Below, one piece after another: positions 47,701 through 59,700 of a DNA stretch of 64,000 bases. The stretch lies in the NCBI GenBank assembly GCA_965217705.1, contig CBDCJA010000002.1:3367960-3431959 (forward strand). Direction: 5' to 3'. Below the pieces are notes generated by a model. It was not told the DNA's origin. It saw only the letters and a list, made by a program, of their open reading frames with translations, and did no database searches. Source of the stretch: Dehalococcoidia bacterium. GTDB taxonomy: Bacteria; Chloroflexota; Dehalococcoidia; Lucifugimonadales; CATOSD01. A program made the translations under genes and the position numbers. Within the stretch, counting starts at the first letter, position 1; each line of letters opens with the position of its first letter.

Positions 47701-50700
47701 TCGGAGGCCGACACGGACTTTCCCACCACCACCGCCACCACCGGCCGGGTCGACGTCGGGGCCTCGGTCACGGGCAACATCGGCGCCGTAGATGAAGAGG
47801 ACTGGTTCCGCGTCGACTTGGAGGCGGGCAAGATTTACCAGATCGACCTGGAGGGTTTGCCGACCGGCCGCGGCACCTTGGGAGACCCTTGGCTGGACAA
47901 CATCCGCGACTCATCCGGCACCGAGATTCTCGCCACCTCCAATGACGACATCGACGGGGACAATTTCAACAGCCAGATAACCTTCACGCCGACCGCGGCC
48001 GGCGCCTACTACCTGGTAGCAGCCGGGAATGGCGTTGCAGGCACCTACACGCTGTCGGTGCGTGACATCACGACGCCGTCCTGCACGCTGAACACGGGCG
48101 ACGTCTGGTGCGGCGTGGTGACGGTGGGGATGTTCACGTTGGACGGGACGAGCTATCTCGGTTACCTGGACGGTACGGGCGGCGGCGGCATGCTGTCGGA
48201 CAACGATTTCGATTTCACGGACACCGAACTGGACTCCAAGAGCCATACGATCACCGGCGTCCTGCTCGCTTCCGGGACGTTGAGTCTGATTTTCGAGGAC
48301 TCTCAGGACGAAGATGACAAGCCGGTTCTGGACACCTGGGACCTCCAGGTCGGCACCGACACGTTCGCGCTCGACGACGACGACGTCACCCAATTGCCGA
48401 CCGGCGGCTACCAGTGGACCGGCACCGGTCTGAGCTGGTCTGTGGGGGACACCGTCACGCTGCGGCTGCGGGGCGAGACCGGGCCGCCGTCGGTCGCCAA
48501 CGTGGCGGTCACGTCGATGCCGTTGCTGACCTCGTCGGGCGGATCGGAGCAGGACACCTACGGTGCGGGCGACGAGATCGAGTTCACGGTGACCTTCAGC
48601 CAGGTGGTCGTGGTCACGGGCGATCCGCAGTTCGGGTTCAGCCTGAGCGGGGCGCGCCAGGCCGACTACCGCTCGGGCAGCGGCAGCACGGCGCTGAAGT
48701 TCGTGTACACCGTGCAGTCCTCCGACTCGGACGACGACGGGATCTGGATCGGCAACCACAACTCCAACACCAAGTCGCTGCAGCTCGACGCCAACGACGA
48801 GATCACGAGCCCCGGGGGCATCGACGCCAATCTGGAACACGACCAGAAGCAGGTGCAGGCCGGTCACAAGGTGGACGGGTCGCTGTCGTCGAAGCCGACG
48901 CTCAGCATCGCGGACGCCGCGGCGGCCGAGGGCGACGACCTGTCGTTCACGGTGACGCTGTCGGCGGCGGCGGCGGCGGACGTGACGGCGACCTGGACGG
49001 CCTCGATCGAGACCGGCGACACGGCGGTCGCGGCGGACCTCGGAACGACGAGGACGGGGACGGTGACCGTCTCGATGGGTAACACGACGGGGACGATCAC
49101 GGTGGCGACCGTGGAGGACAGCACGGTCGAGGTGAACGAGACGTTCACGGTGACGCTGTCGGGCGTGTCGTCGAACGCGCAGCTGTCGTCGACCGCCGCG
49201 ACGGCCCAGGGCACGATCAACAACGACGACCTGGCGACGCTCTCGACGGACGCGACGCTGAGCGGGCTGTCGCTGGGCACGGGGGTGACGCTGAGCCCGG
49301 CCTTCGCCTCGGGCACGGACACCTACACGGCGTCGGTCGCCAACAGCGTCGACGAGGTGACGGTGACGCAGACGACGAACCACGCCAGCGCGACGGTCGA
49401 GATTCTAGACACGGACAACCTCGCGCTGACGGACGCGGACAGTACGGAGGACGGTTTCCAGGTCGCGCTGTCGGTGGGCTCGACCCAATTGGGCGTACTA
49501 GTGACGGCCGAGGACGGCACCACCACGAAGTTTTACACGGTGACCGTGACGCGCGACGACTTTCCCGCCGACACCACCACCACCGGCAAGGTCGACGTCG
49601 GCGGCTCGGTCACGGGCAACATCACCAGCGCATCGGATAGAGACTGGTTCCGCGTCGATCTGAAGAAGGACAAGCGATACCAGATCGACCTGGAGGGCGC
49701 GGGCACCAACCGGGGCACCCTGACAGACCCGACTCTCAACGCGATGCGCGATGCATCGAGCAATTCGATCTCGGGCACGGGGAACTCTGACAGCGGCGTG
49801 GGGATCAACGCCCGGACGATCTTCACGGCGCTCGCGGACGGCGCTCACTACGTAGTCGCCGCAGGGAACGGTGCGACGGGCACCTACACGCTGTCGGTGA
49901 TCGTGCTGGGCGCGAACGGCGCCTCGGAGGCGGACTTCGACTTTCCCGCCACCACCGCCACCTCCGGCCGCGTCGAGGTCGGGGCCTCGGCCACGGGCAA
50001 CATTAAAAACTTGGATGACGCTTATGACTGGTTCCGCGTCGATCTGGAGGCGGGCAAGACTTACCAGTATGACCTGGAGGGCGTGGATACCAGCCGCGGC
50101 ATGCTGGACGATCCGTACCTGGGGCTCTTCGACGGGTCCGGAACCTCCCTTTTCGACGACGACGACGACGGCACGGGCTTAAACAGCCGGATTACCCACA
50201 CACCTGCGACCGGCGGCACCTACTACCTGGGGGCGGCCCGTGCCGGCACCTCTGCCGGCACCTACACGCTGTCGGTGCGTGACATCACGCTGCCGACGCT
50301 GAGCGTCGCGGATGCCTCGGACGCCGAGAACGATGGGGAAGTGGAGTTCACGGTGACGCTGTCGGAAGCGGCCGCGACGGCCGTGACGGCGACCTGGACG
50401 GCGACGATCGAGACCGGCGACACGGCGGTCGCGGCGGACCTCGGGACGACGACGACGGGGACGGTGACCGTCGCGATCGGCGACACGATGGGAACGTTCG
50501 AGGTGCCGGTGGTGAACGACGCCACCGACGAGGGCGACGAGACCTTCACGGTGACGCTGTCGAACGTGTCGTCGAACGCGAAGCTGGAGACGGACCCGAC
50601 CGCGAAGGGAACCATCGAGGACGACGACGCGACGCTGCCGACGCTCAGCATCGCGGACGCCGCGGCGACCGAGGGCAGCAACGTGAGTTTCGCGGTGACG

Positions 50701-53700
50701 CTGTCGGCGGCGGCGGCGGCGGACGTGACGGCGACCTGGACGGCCTCGATCGAGACCGACGACACGGCGGTCGCGGCGGACCTCGGGGCGACGAAGACGG
50801 GGACGGTGACCGTCGCGATCGGCGACACGGACGCGACAATCACGGTGGCGACGGCGCCGGACACCACGGTCGAGGTGAACGAGACGTTCACGGTGACGCT
50901 GTCGGGCGTGTCGTCGAACGCGCAGCTGTCGTCGACCGCCGCGACGGCCCAGGGCACGATCAACAACGACGACCTGGCGACGGTGAGCGTCGCCGACGCC
51001 GAGGGCGACGAGGACGACGGCGTGGAGTTCACGCTGACGCTGTCGGCGGCGGCTCCGGCGGACGTGACCGTGGACTGGACGGCGTCGATCGAAAGCGGCG
51101 ACTCGGCGAGTACGGCGGATCTCGCGACGACGAAGACGGGGACGGTGACGATCACGAAGGGCGACACGACGAAGAAGTTCACGGTGCCGGTGAACGACGA
51201 CAGCACGGACGAGCCCGACCAGACCTTCACGGTGACGCTGTCGAACCCGACCCCGACGAGCCTCGCGCAACTGGCGGCGGACCCGACGGCCGAGGGCACG
51301 ATCGACGACGACGACGACCCGCCGACGATCAGCGTCGTGGACATGACGGTGATCGAGGGCGATCTGAACCCCGACAATGTCCCGACGTTTAATAACAATC
51401 CCGGCTTCCCGTGGACGGTGATGCTTTCGGAGGCGAGCGAGAAGCGGGTGCGGTACCGCAGCCGGCAAGTGGTGGACGGCACGGCGACGGACGCGGACCT
51501 GAAGGTAACCGTCGCTTTCTCCGGACGTCCTTCTATACAGGCAGGCCTTACGTCCGTAGTTCGTGGTGTGAACAACATCGTCAACGACGCCTTGGACGAG
51601 GACGACGAGACCTTCACGATCGAGGTCTATGACCTCGAAAACGCGACGGCGGGGGCGACGCGCTCGACCATCACCATCGTCGACGACGACCCGACGCCGA
51701 CGGTGACGGTGGCGGACGCGGCGGCGACCGAGGGCGACAAGGTGGAGTTCGTGGTGACGCTGTCGGCGGTGAGCGGACGCGACGTGGACGTGGACTACGC
51801 GACGTCGGTGGCGACCGGAGACGACGCCGTCTCGGACACGGACTTCACGGCGGCGAGCGGCACGCTGACCATCGCGGCGGCGGACAGTACCGCCACCGGG
51901 ACGATCGAGGTCCAGACGACGGAGGACGACGCGAGCGAGAGCGCCGAGACCTTCACGCTGACGATTTCAAGCCCGGATAACGCGACGCTGACCACGGACA
52001 CCACCGCGACGGGCACGATCAACAACCGGGCGACGACGGCGGCCGAGCCGACGACGTTCGCGGCGGCGGTGGGCGACGAGGAGGTCGTGCTGTCGTGGGA
52101 CGCGCCGGTTTCCGCTTCGGGCGTGACGCGCCACGAGTACCAGTACAAGGAGGGGACCGGGGCCTACAAGGGCTGGGTGCAGATCGCCAACAGCGGCGTG
52201 GACGGGGCGAACGAGGCCGGCTTCACGGTGACGGGCCTCACCAACGAGGTCCTCCACACCTTCCAGCTCCGCGCGGTGAACGCCCAGGGCGAGAGCACCG
52301 CGGCCGAGGCGGACGCGGTGACGCCGACGCCGGGCATCTGCGACCGGACGGCGAAGATCCAGGAGGTGATCCTGGCCGAGCTCGCGGACGTCAGCGAGTG
52401 CGCGGCGGTGACCGTGGCCGACCTGGCGTCGATCACGACGTTCGGGCTGAGCGCGCTCGGCACGTTCAACCAGGGGATCACCTCGCTCCAGGCGGGCGAT
52501 TTCGCGGGGCTGACGGCGCTGACGCAACTTAACCTGAGTCAAAACCAGCTCACGACGCTGCCCGAGGGGATCTTCTCCGGCCTGACCGCGGTTGAGGGAA
52601 TCAGCATGGAACAAAACCAGCTGACGGCGCTGCCCGAGGGGATGTTCGCGGGGCTTCCAAATCTGACATTGATCCTATTGACGGGTAACAGTCTCACCGC
52701 CATCCCGCCCCGGGCGTTCGCCGGCCTGACGGGGCTAACAAACATCAGTCTGGGCCTTAACGATCTGACTGCCCTGCCCGCCGGGCTGTTCACCGACCTG
52801 ACGACGCTGGAAAACATCAGTCTGGCCGATAACGACCTGACTGCCCTGCCGGCCGGGGTGTTCTCGGGCCTGACGGTGCTGGATACTCTCTATCTGGGTG
52901 GAAACGAATTGAGTTCGCTCGACGCCGGGGTGTTCTCCGGCCTGACGTCGCTGGAGCGCCTCGAACTGGATCGCAACGACCTGAGTTCGCTCCCCGCCGG
53001 GGTGTTCTCCGGCTTGGCGGCGTTGACACGCCTCAATCTGGACGACAACGATCTGAGTTCGCTCCCCGACGGCCTGCTCTCCGGCCTGACGGGGCTGACA
53101 CGGCTCCAGCTGTTCGACAACCCCAACTCCGGCGATACGCTGGCGCTGACCGTGACGGTGGAGAAGTTCGGGACCGACCAGGCGCGGGCGAAGGTGCTGG
53201 CGGGGGCGCCGTTCGCGGTGAACTTCACGGCGACGGTGGTGAACGGTTCGCTCCCGACGGGCGTCACGAAGCTTGCCGTGGCGGCGGGCTCGGTGGAGGG
53301 CACGGCGGTCACCGTGACCCGCACGTCCGGGACGATGGCGGCGGTGACGGTGGACATCGACCTGACCACCCAGCCGACCCTGCCCGAGTTCCACAGGGGC
53401 TACGAGTTCGTGAAGGCGACCTCGGGCCTGCCGGCGGAGATCCTGCCGGACACCAGGGGCCCCCAGAATTTCACCGCCAAGCCGGGCGACGGGCAGGCCG
53501 TGCTGTCGTGGACCGCGCCGGCGTCGGGTTCCGGCGTGACGAAACACCAGTACCGCCAGAAGGAGGGGACCGGGAGCTATCCCGCGAACTGGACTGACAT
53601 CCCCAACAGCGCGGAGGGCGAGGCGAACGAGGACGGCTACACGGTGCCGGGCCTCACCAACGAGACGGTATACACCTTCGAGCTCAAGCGGTTCGTCGGC

Positions 53701-56700
53701 ACGACCGAGAGCGCGACGGCGGAGTCGAACGCGGTGACGCCGACGCCCGGCATCTGCGACCGCACGCAGCAGGTGCAGGACGGCATCCTGGCCGGGCTCG
53801 CGGACGTCAGCGACTGCGCGGCGGTGACCGTCGCCGACCTGGAGAGTTTCACGGCCTCCCTGGAGTTTGCGGGTGAGGACATCGCGTCGCTGAAGTCGGG
53901 CGACTTCGCGGGGCTGTCGAACCTGGATGTCCTGGAACTTTCCAGAAACACCTTCACCACGCTTCCCGCGAACGTGTTCTCCGGCCTGACGTCGCTGACA
54001 AGCCTGAAGGTGTCAAACGGCGAGCTGAGTTCGATCGACGCCCGGGCGTTCTCCGGGCTAACGGCGCTGGAAGTACTCAAACTGGATACCAACGACCTGG
54101 ATTCGCTCCCCGGGACCGTGTTCTCCGGTCTGACGACGCTGATAACCCTCGAGCTGAACGGTAACGACCTGGCCTCGCTTCCCGGGACCGTGTTCAATGG
54201 CCTGTCGGCGCTGCATACTCTTCATCTGCAGAGCAACGATCTGGAAACGCTCCCCGCCGGGCTGTTCTCCGGCCTGTCGGCGCTGTCAACCCTCACACTG
54301 GCCGATAACGATCTGACTGCGATCCCCGCCCAGGTGTTCTCCGGCCTGTCGGCGCTGGAAATCCTCAATCTGAGCGACAACGACCTGAACTCGCTCGACG
54401 CCGGGGTGTTCTCCGGCCTGAGCAATCTGCGATCCCTGTCGCTGCGAAACAACCAACTGAGTGCGCTCCCCGACGGGCTGTTCTCCGGCCTAACGGCGCT
54501 GACTGGTCTCAATCTGAGCGACAACACCACCAACCCCATGCCGCTCACGGTGACGGTGGAGAAGTTCGGGACCGACCAGGCGCGGGCGAAGGTGCTCGCG
54601 GGGGCGCCGTTCGCGGTGGAGTTCACGGCGACGGTGGTGGACGGTTCGCTCCCGACGGGCGTCACGAAGCTTGCCGTGGCGAAGGGCTCGGCGGAGGGCA
54701 CGGCGGTCACCGTGACCCGCACGACCGGGACGATGGAGGCGGTGACGGTGGACATCGACCTGAGCACCCAGCCGTCCCTGCCCGACAAGCACGAGGGCTA
54801 CACCTTCGCCCGGGCCTCGGACCTGCCGGCGGAAATCCTGCCGGCGGAGGCGTCGCTGGAGCCGCCGACCGGCCTCAGCGCCACGCCCGGCGACCGGCTG
54901 GCGGTTCTCACCTGGACCCCGCCGGCGTCGGATTCGGGCTTCACGCGCCACCAGTACCGCTACGGGACGGACGGAGACTTCGTGGACTGGACGGATATCC
55001 CCGACAGCGGGCCGGGCGAAGCGAACGGGTCGCGGTACACGGTGACGGGGCTCGACAACGCGGTTGAGTACAGCTTCGAGCTGCGCGCGCGGGACGCGGG
55101 CGCCGGTAGGAGCCACGCGGCGACGGTGGCGGTGACGCCGGAGGGTCCGCCGCGGATCCTCTCGGTCGAGGTGACCTCGGTTCCGGTCCTGGACAACGAG
55201 ACCACCTACGGCGCGGGCGAGGAGGTCGATATCTCGGTGACCTTCGACCAGCCGGTGGTGGTCGAGGGCGCCCCGCAGCTCGTGCTCGACGTGGACGGAT
55301 CGCGCCTGGCGGAGTACCACGAGGGCAGCGGCAGCAACACGCTGGTGTTCGCCTACGTGGTGACGGAGAGCGACCGAGATACCGACGGCGTCTCGGTCGG
55401 CGACAACGCGCTCCGGCTGGACGGCGGCGACGTCATCCGCAACGGCGCGGGCGACAACGCCGAGCTGCCCCACGACGGGCCGGGCCAGCAGTCCGGCCAC
55501 CGGGTGGACGGCGAGCGGCGGGCTGGCGTGCACGATCACGGCGAGTTCACCCACTCGCATTCGCATTTCAGGCAACAGTATCCCGAGCACACGCACGAGG
55601 GCCACGAGCACGCCGACGATGCCAACGGCCACAAGCGCCGGCCCGGGACGCACGTGCACCACGCGCAGGAGGAGCCGAATGCGTCAATCTCCGGCGGCCC
55701 CGACGTCAGGACGCACGACGGGGTAGAGCACATTCACCGGTGCTTCGACCTGAAACCCTCGTGCAACCAGGGCGACGACTACGCCGAGCGGGGCGACGAG
55801 CTGGGGCTGCCGATCGAGGTGACCCATTCCCACGAGCACTCCGAGCCGGGCCACCGCTTCGACTGGCGGGCGTTCTTCGAGGAAGGCGGGTCCGGCGCGA
55901 CGGTGTCGGTGGCGGACGCGGTGGCGATGCGAGGCGAGGGCCGCACGCTGGACTTCGAGGTGAGCCTGGAGCCGGCGGTGGCGTTCGCGGTGCGGGTGGA
56001 CTACGCGACGGTGGACGGCACGGCGACCGCGGGCGAGGACTACCTGGGGACGTCGGGCGTGCTGGAGATCCCGCCCGGGCAGACGCGCGCGACGGTGTCG
56101 GTGCGGATGCCGGCGGACGGGCCGGGGGACGGCCCGGAACTGTTCGAACTGAGGCTGAGCTCCGCCACGGCGGCGACGGTGGCGGACGGCGAGGCGACGG
56201 GCACGATCCTGACGCCGGGGCCGTCGACGCCGCCGGTGATCGAGAGGATCGCGGTGGCCTCGACGCCGCGGCTGAGCTCGGACGGCAACACGAACAGGGA
56301 CACCTACGGCGAGGGTGAGACGATCCGCATCGAGGTGCGGTTCGACCAGCCGGTGGTGGTGGTGGGCGACCCGACGTTCGCGCTCGAGGTGGGTGACCCG
56401 TGCGAGTCGGTGTGCGAGGCCGACTACGAGTCGGGGAGCGGCGCGGACACGCTGGTGTTCGCGTACCTGGTGCTGGAGGTCGACGTCGACCGCAACGGCA
56501 TCGCGATCCGCGGCAACCCGATCGAGGTGGTGCTCGGCGACAGCATCCGCAACGCGGCGGGCCAGGAGGCGCGCCTTTCCTCCAAGGGGAAGGGCACGCA
56601 GCGCAACCACAAGGTGGACGGGTCGCGGTCGGCGGCGGCGCACCTGTCGGTGGCGAACGCCGAGGCGCGCGAGGCCGACGGCGAGATGACGTTCACCGTG

Positions 56701-59700
56701 CGTCTGGAACCGCACGGGCTGGGCATCGTGACGGTCGACTACGCGACGCGCGACGGCTCGGCGCGGGCGGGCGAGGACTACACGGAGACGGGCGGCAGGC
56801 TGAGGTTCAATTCGCTGGAGACGGAGCGGACGGTGACGGTGCCGATCACGGACGACACCGAGCCGGACGACGGCGAGACGTTCACGCTTACGCTGTCGAA
56901 CCCGGACGGCGCGCAGCTCAGGGACGGCGACGGCGAGGCCACGGGCACGATCCACAACAGCGAGCCGCAGGAGGCGCTGACGGCGTCCTTCGAGGACGTG
57001 CCGGCGGCACACGACGGCGCCGCGTTCCGGTTCCGGGTGGCGTTCAGCGAGGACATCGGCATCAGCTTCCAGGCGCTGCGCGAGGACGCGTTCGCGGTGA
57101 CGAACGGGCGGATCACGGACGGGGTGCCCGTGGACGACCGCCGCGACCTGTTCGATATGACGCTGGAGCCGGACGGCGACGGCGACGTGGCGGTCACGCT
57201 TGAGGCGGACCGCGACTGCGCGGAGTCCGGGGCGATCTGCACGAAGGGCGAGCCGCAGCGGCGGCTGACGACCACGGTGTCGGCGATGGTGGCCGGCCCG
57301 GACGGCGCGGCGAACGCCCCGGCCACGGGCGCGCCGGCCATCATCGGCACGGTCCAGGTGGGCGAGACGCTGACGGCGGACACCTCTGGCATCGCCGACG
57401 CCAACGGACTGACCAACGTTTCTTACAACTACCAATGGCTTGCCGACGACGCGGACATCGCCGGCGCCACCGGCTACAGATACACCCTGGCCGATAGCGA
57501 CGAGGGCAGGACCATCAGGGTAAGGGTGACCTTCACCGACGACGCGGGCAACGAGGAGTCGCTGACCAGCGCACCCACGGAGCCGGTGTTGGAGGAGCCG
57601 GTGTTTGGGGACGGCCCGCCGGGAGCGCCGCGCAACCTCACCGTCACCGCCGGAGACCAGGAGGTCACCCTGTCCTGGGAGCCGCCAGCCGACAACGGCA
57701 ACGCGCCCGCGACGAGATACCGCATCGAGTGGAGGATAGACGGCAAGGACTACAAAAAGGGGCATTGGGGCCCATCGGGAGAGACTACCTATACGAAGAC
57801 CGACCTGGCCAATGGAGTGAAGTACATCTTCCGGGTAAAGGCCGAGAACGGCAACGGCAACAGCTACGGACCATACGGACCGGCCTCCGAGGAGGTGAGC
57901 GCCACTCCCACGTCCGGCTTGGCGGTGGACCTGGGCACGCCGGTGCTGTCGAACACGAAGACCCTGCATCACGGCATGGTGCAGCTGGACTGGGAGGACG
58001 TAGAGGACGCCGGTTGGTATGTAGTCCAGTACTACCATGTCAAAGGTGGGGAGTGGCTGGACCTGCCCGCCGCCGGAGTGGACATCGCGTTCCACGGTTC
58101 GAGCGCGGTGGTGAGCAACGTGCATGGGCTCTCGTGGCTGAGGGTTCGAGCGATGAGCTGTGCGGGAGAATCGGAGTGGTCGCAGATCGAGGAGTTGTAC
58201 GGGACCAATGCATCGGACTGGGAGGGAGTGCCCGTACCCGAGGTGGCGGAGGGCGACGAGATCGAGCCATGCCCCGTGGTCCTGGGCACGCCGGTGCTTT
58301 CGAACACGGAGACCCTGCATCACGGCATGGTGAGGCTGGACTGGGAGGACATTGAGGACGCCGGTTGGTACGTGGTCCAGTACTACCACGCCAAAGGTGG
58401 GGAGTGGTTGGACCTGCCCGCCGAGGGAGTGGACATCGCGTTCCACGGTTCGAGCGCGGTGGTGAGCAACCTGCATGGGCTCTCGTGGCTGAGGGTTCGA
58501 GCGATGAGCTGTGCAGGAGCATCGGAGTGGTCGCAGATCGAGGAGTTGTACGGGACCAATGCATCGGACTGGGAGGGCGTGCCCGTACCGGAGGTGGCGG
58601 AGGGCGACGAGATCGAACCGTGCTCCGAAGACGGTGACACGACGGACAACAGTCCGGCGACTGGAGCGCCCACAATCAGCGGGACGGCGCAGGTGGGCGA
58701 GACGCTGTCGGCGGACAAGTCAGGAATCGCCGACGCCGACGGCCTAACGAACGCCACCCACAGATACCAGTGGCTTGCGGACGACGCTGCAATCGCGGGC
58801 GCTACCGGCTCGACCTACACCCTGGCGGACACCGACGAGGGCAAGGCCATCACGGTGCAGGTGAGCTTCACCGACGACGCGGGCAATGATGAGACTCTGA
58901 CCAGTGAGGCCACGGACGCAGTGGCGGCAGCGCCTGCTGCCAACAACCCAGCCACCGGCGCTCCCACGATCAGTGGCACGGCCCAGGTGGGCGAGACGCT
59001 GACGGCGGACAGGTCGGGGATCGCCGACGCCGACGGGCTTAGCAACGTCCAGTACGAGTACCAGTGGCTTGCCGACGACACAGCGATTCAGGGCGCCACG
59101 GACGCCACCCACACCCTGGCGAACACCGACGAGGGCAAGGCCATCAAGGTGCAGGTGAGCTTCACCGACGACGCGGGCAATAATGAGGCGCTGACCAGTG
59201 CGGCTACGGGCGCGGTGTCGGCGGCGGAACCTACGGAGCCGCCCGCCAGACCCACCGGCCTCTCGGCCACGGCGTCGCACGACTCTGTGACCCTCACGTG
59301 GGACGACCCCGGCGACGACTCCATCACCGGCTACGTGATCCTGCGGCGCGTCCGCGTGAACAATACCGGGGGCGACTTCAGTGAACTGGTGGCGGACACG
59401 GGCACAGCGGCGACCACCTACACCGACGACACGGTGGCTGCCGGCACCACTTACACCTACCGGATCAAGGCCATCAACGGGGCCGGAACGAGTGAACGCT
59501 CGCGCTGGTTCCACATCGACACTCCGGCAGCGCCCGTACCCGATAAGCCCACGGGCTTGTCCGCCACGGCGTCCCACGACTCGGTGACCCTCACCTGGGA
59601 AGACCCCGGCGACGATAGCATCACCGGCTACGTGATCCTGCGGCGCCTCCGCTACGACGACCCCTCGGGCCACTTCGATGAGCTGGTGGCGGACACGGGC

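Noticed and set aside
55684-58476. 930-aa minus-strand ORF, together with the many other long Arg/Gly/Pro-rich ORFs such as 4205..5326, 24219..25199, 38498..39559, 47911..49383, 50179..51468 and 58744..59811
   Set aside because: These are antisense or out-of-frame shadows of well-supported genes. Their composition is typical of non-coding frames in high-G+C DNA.
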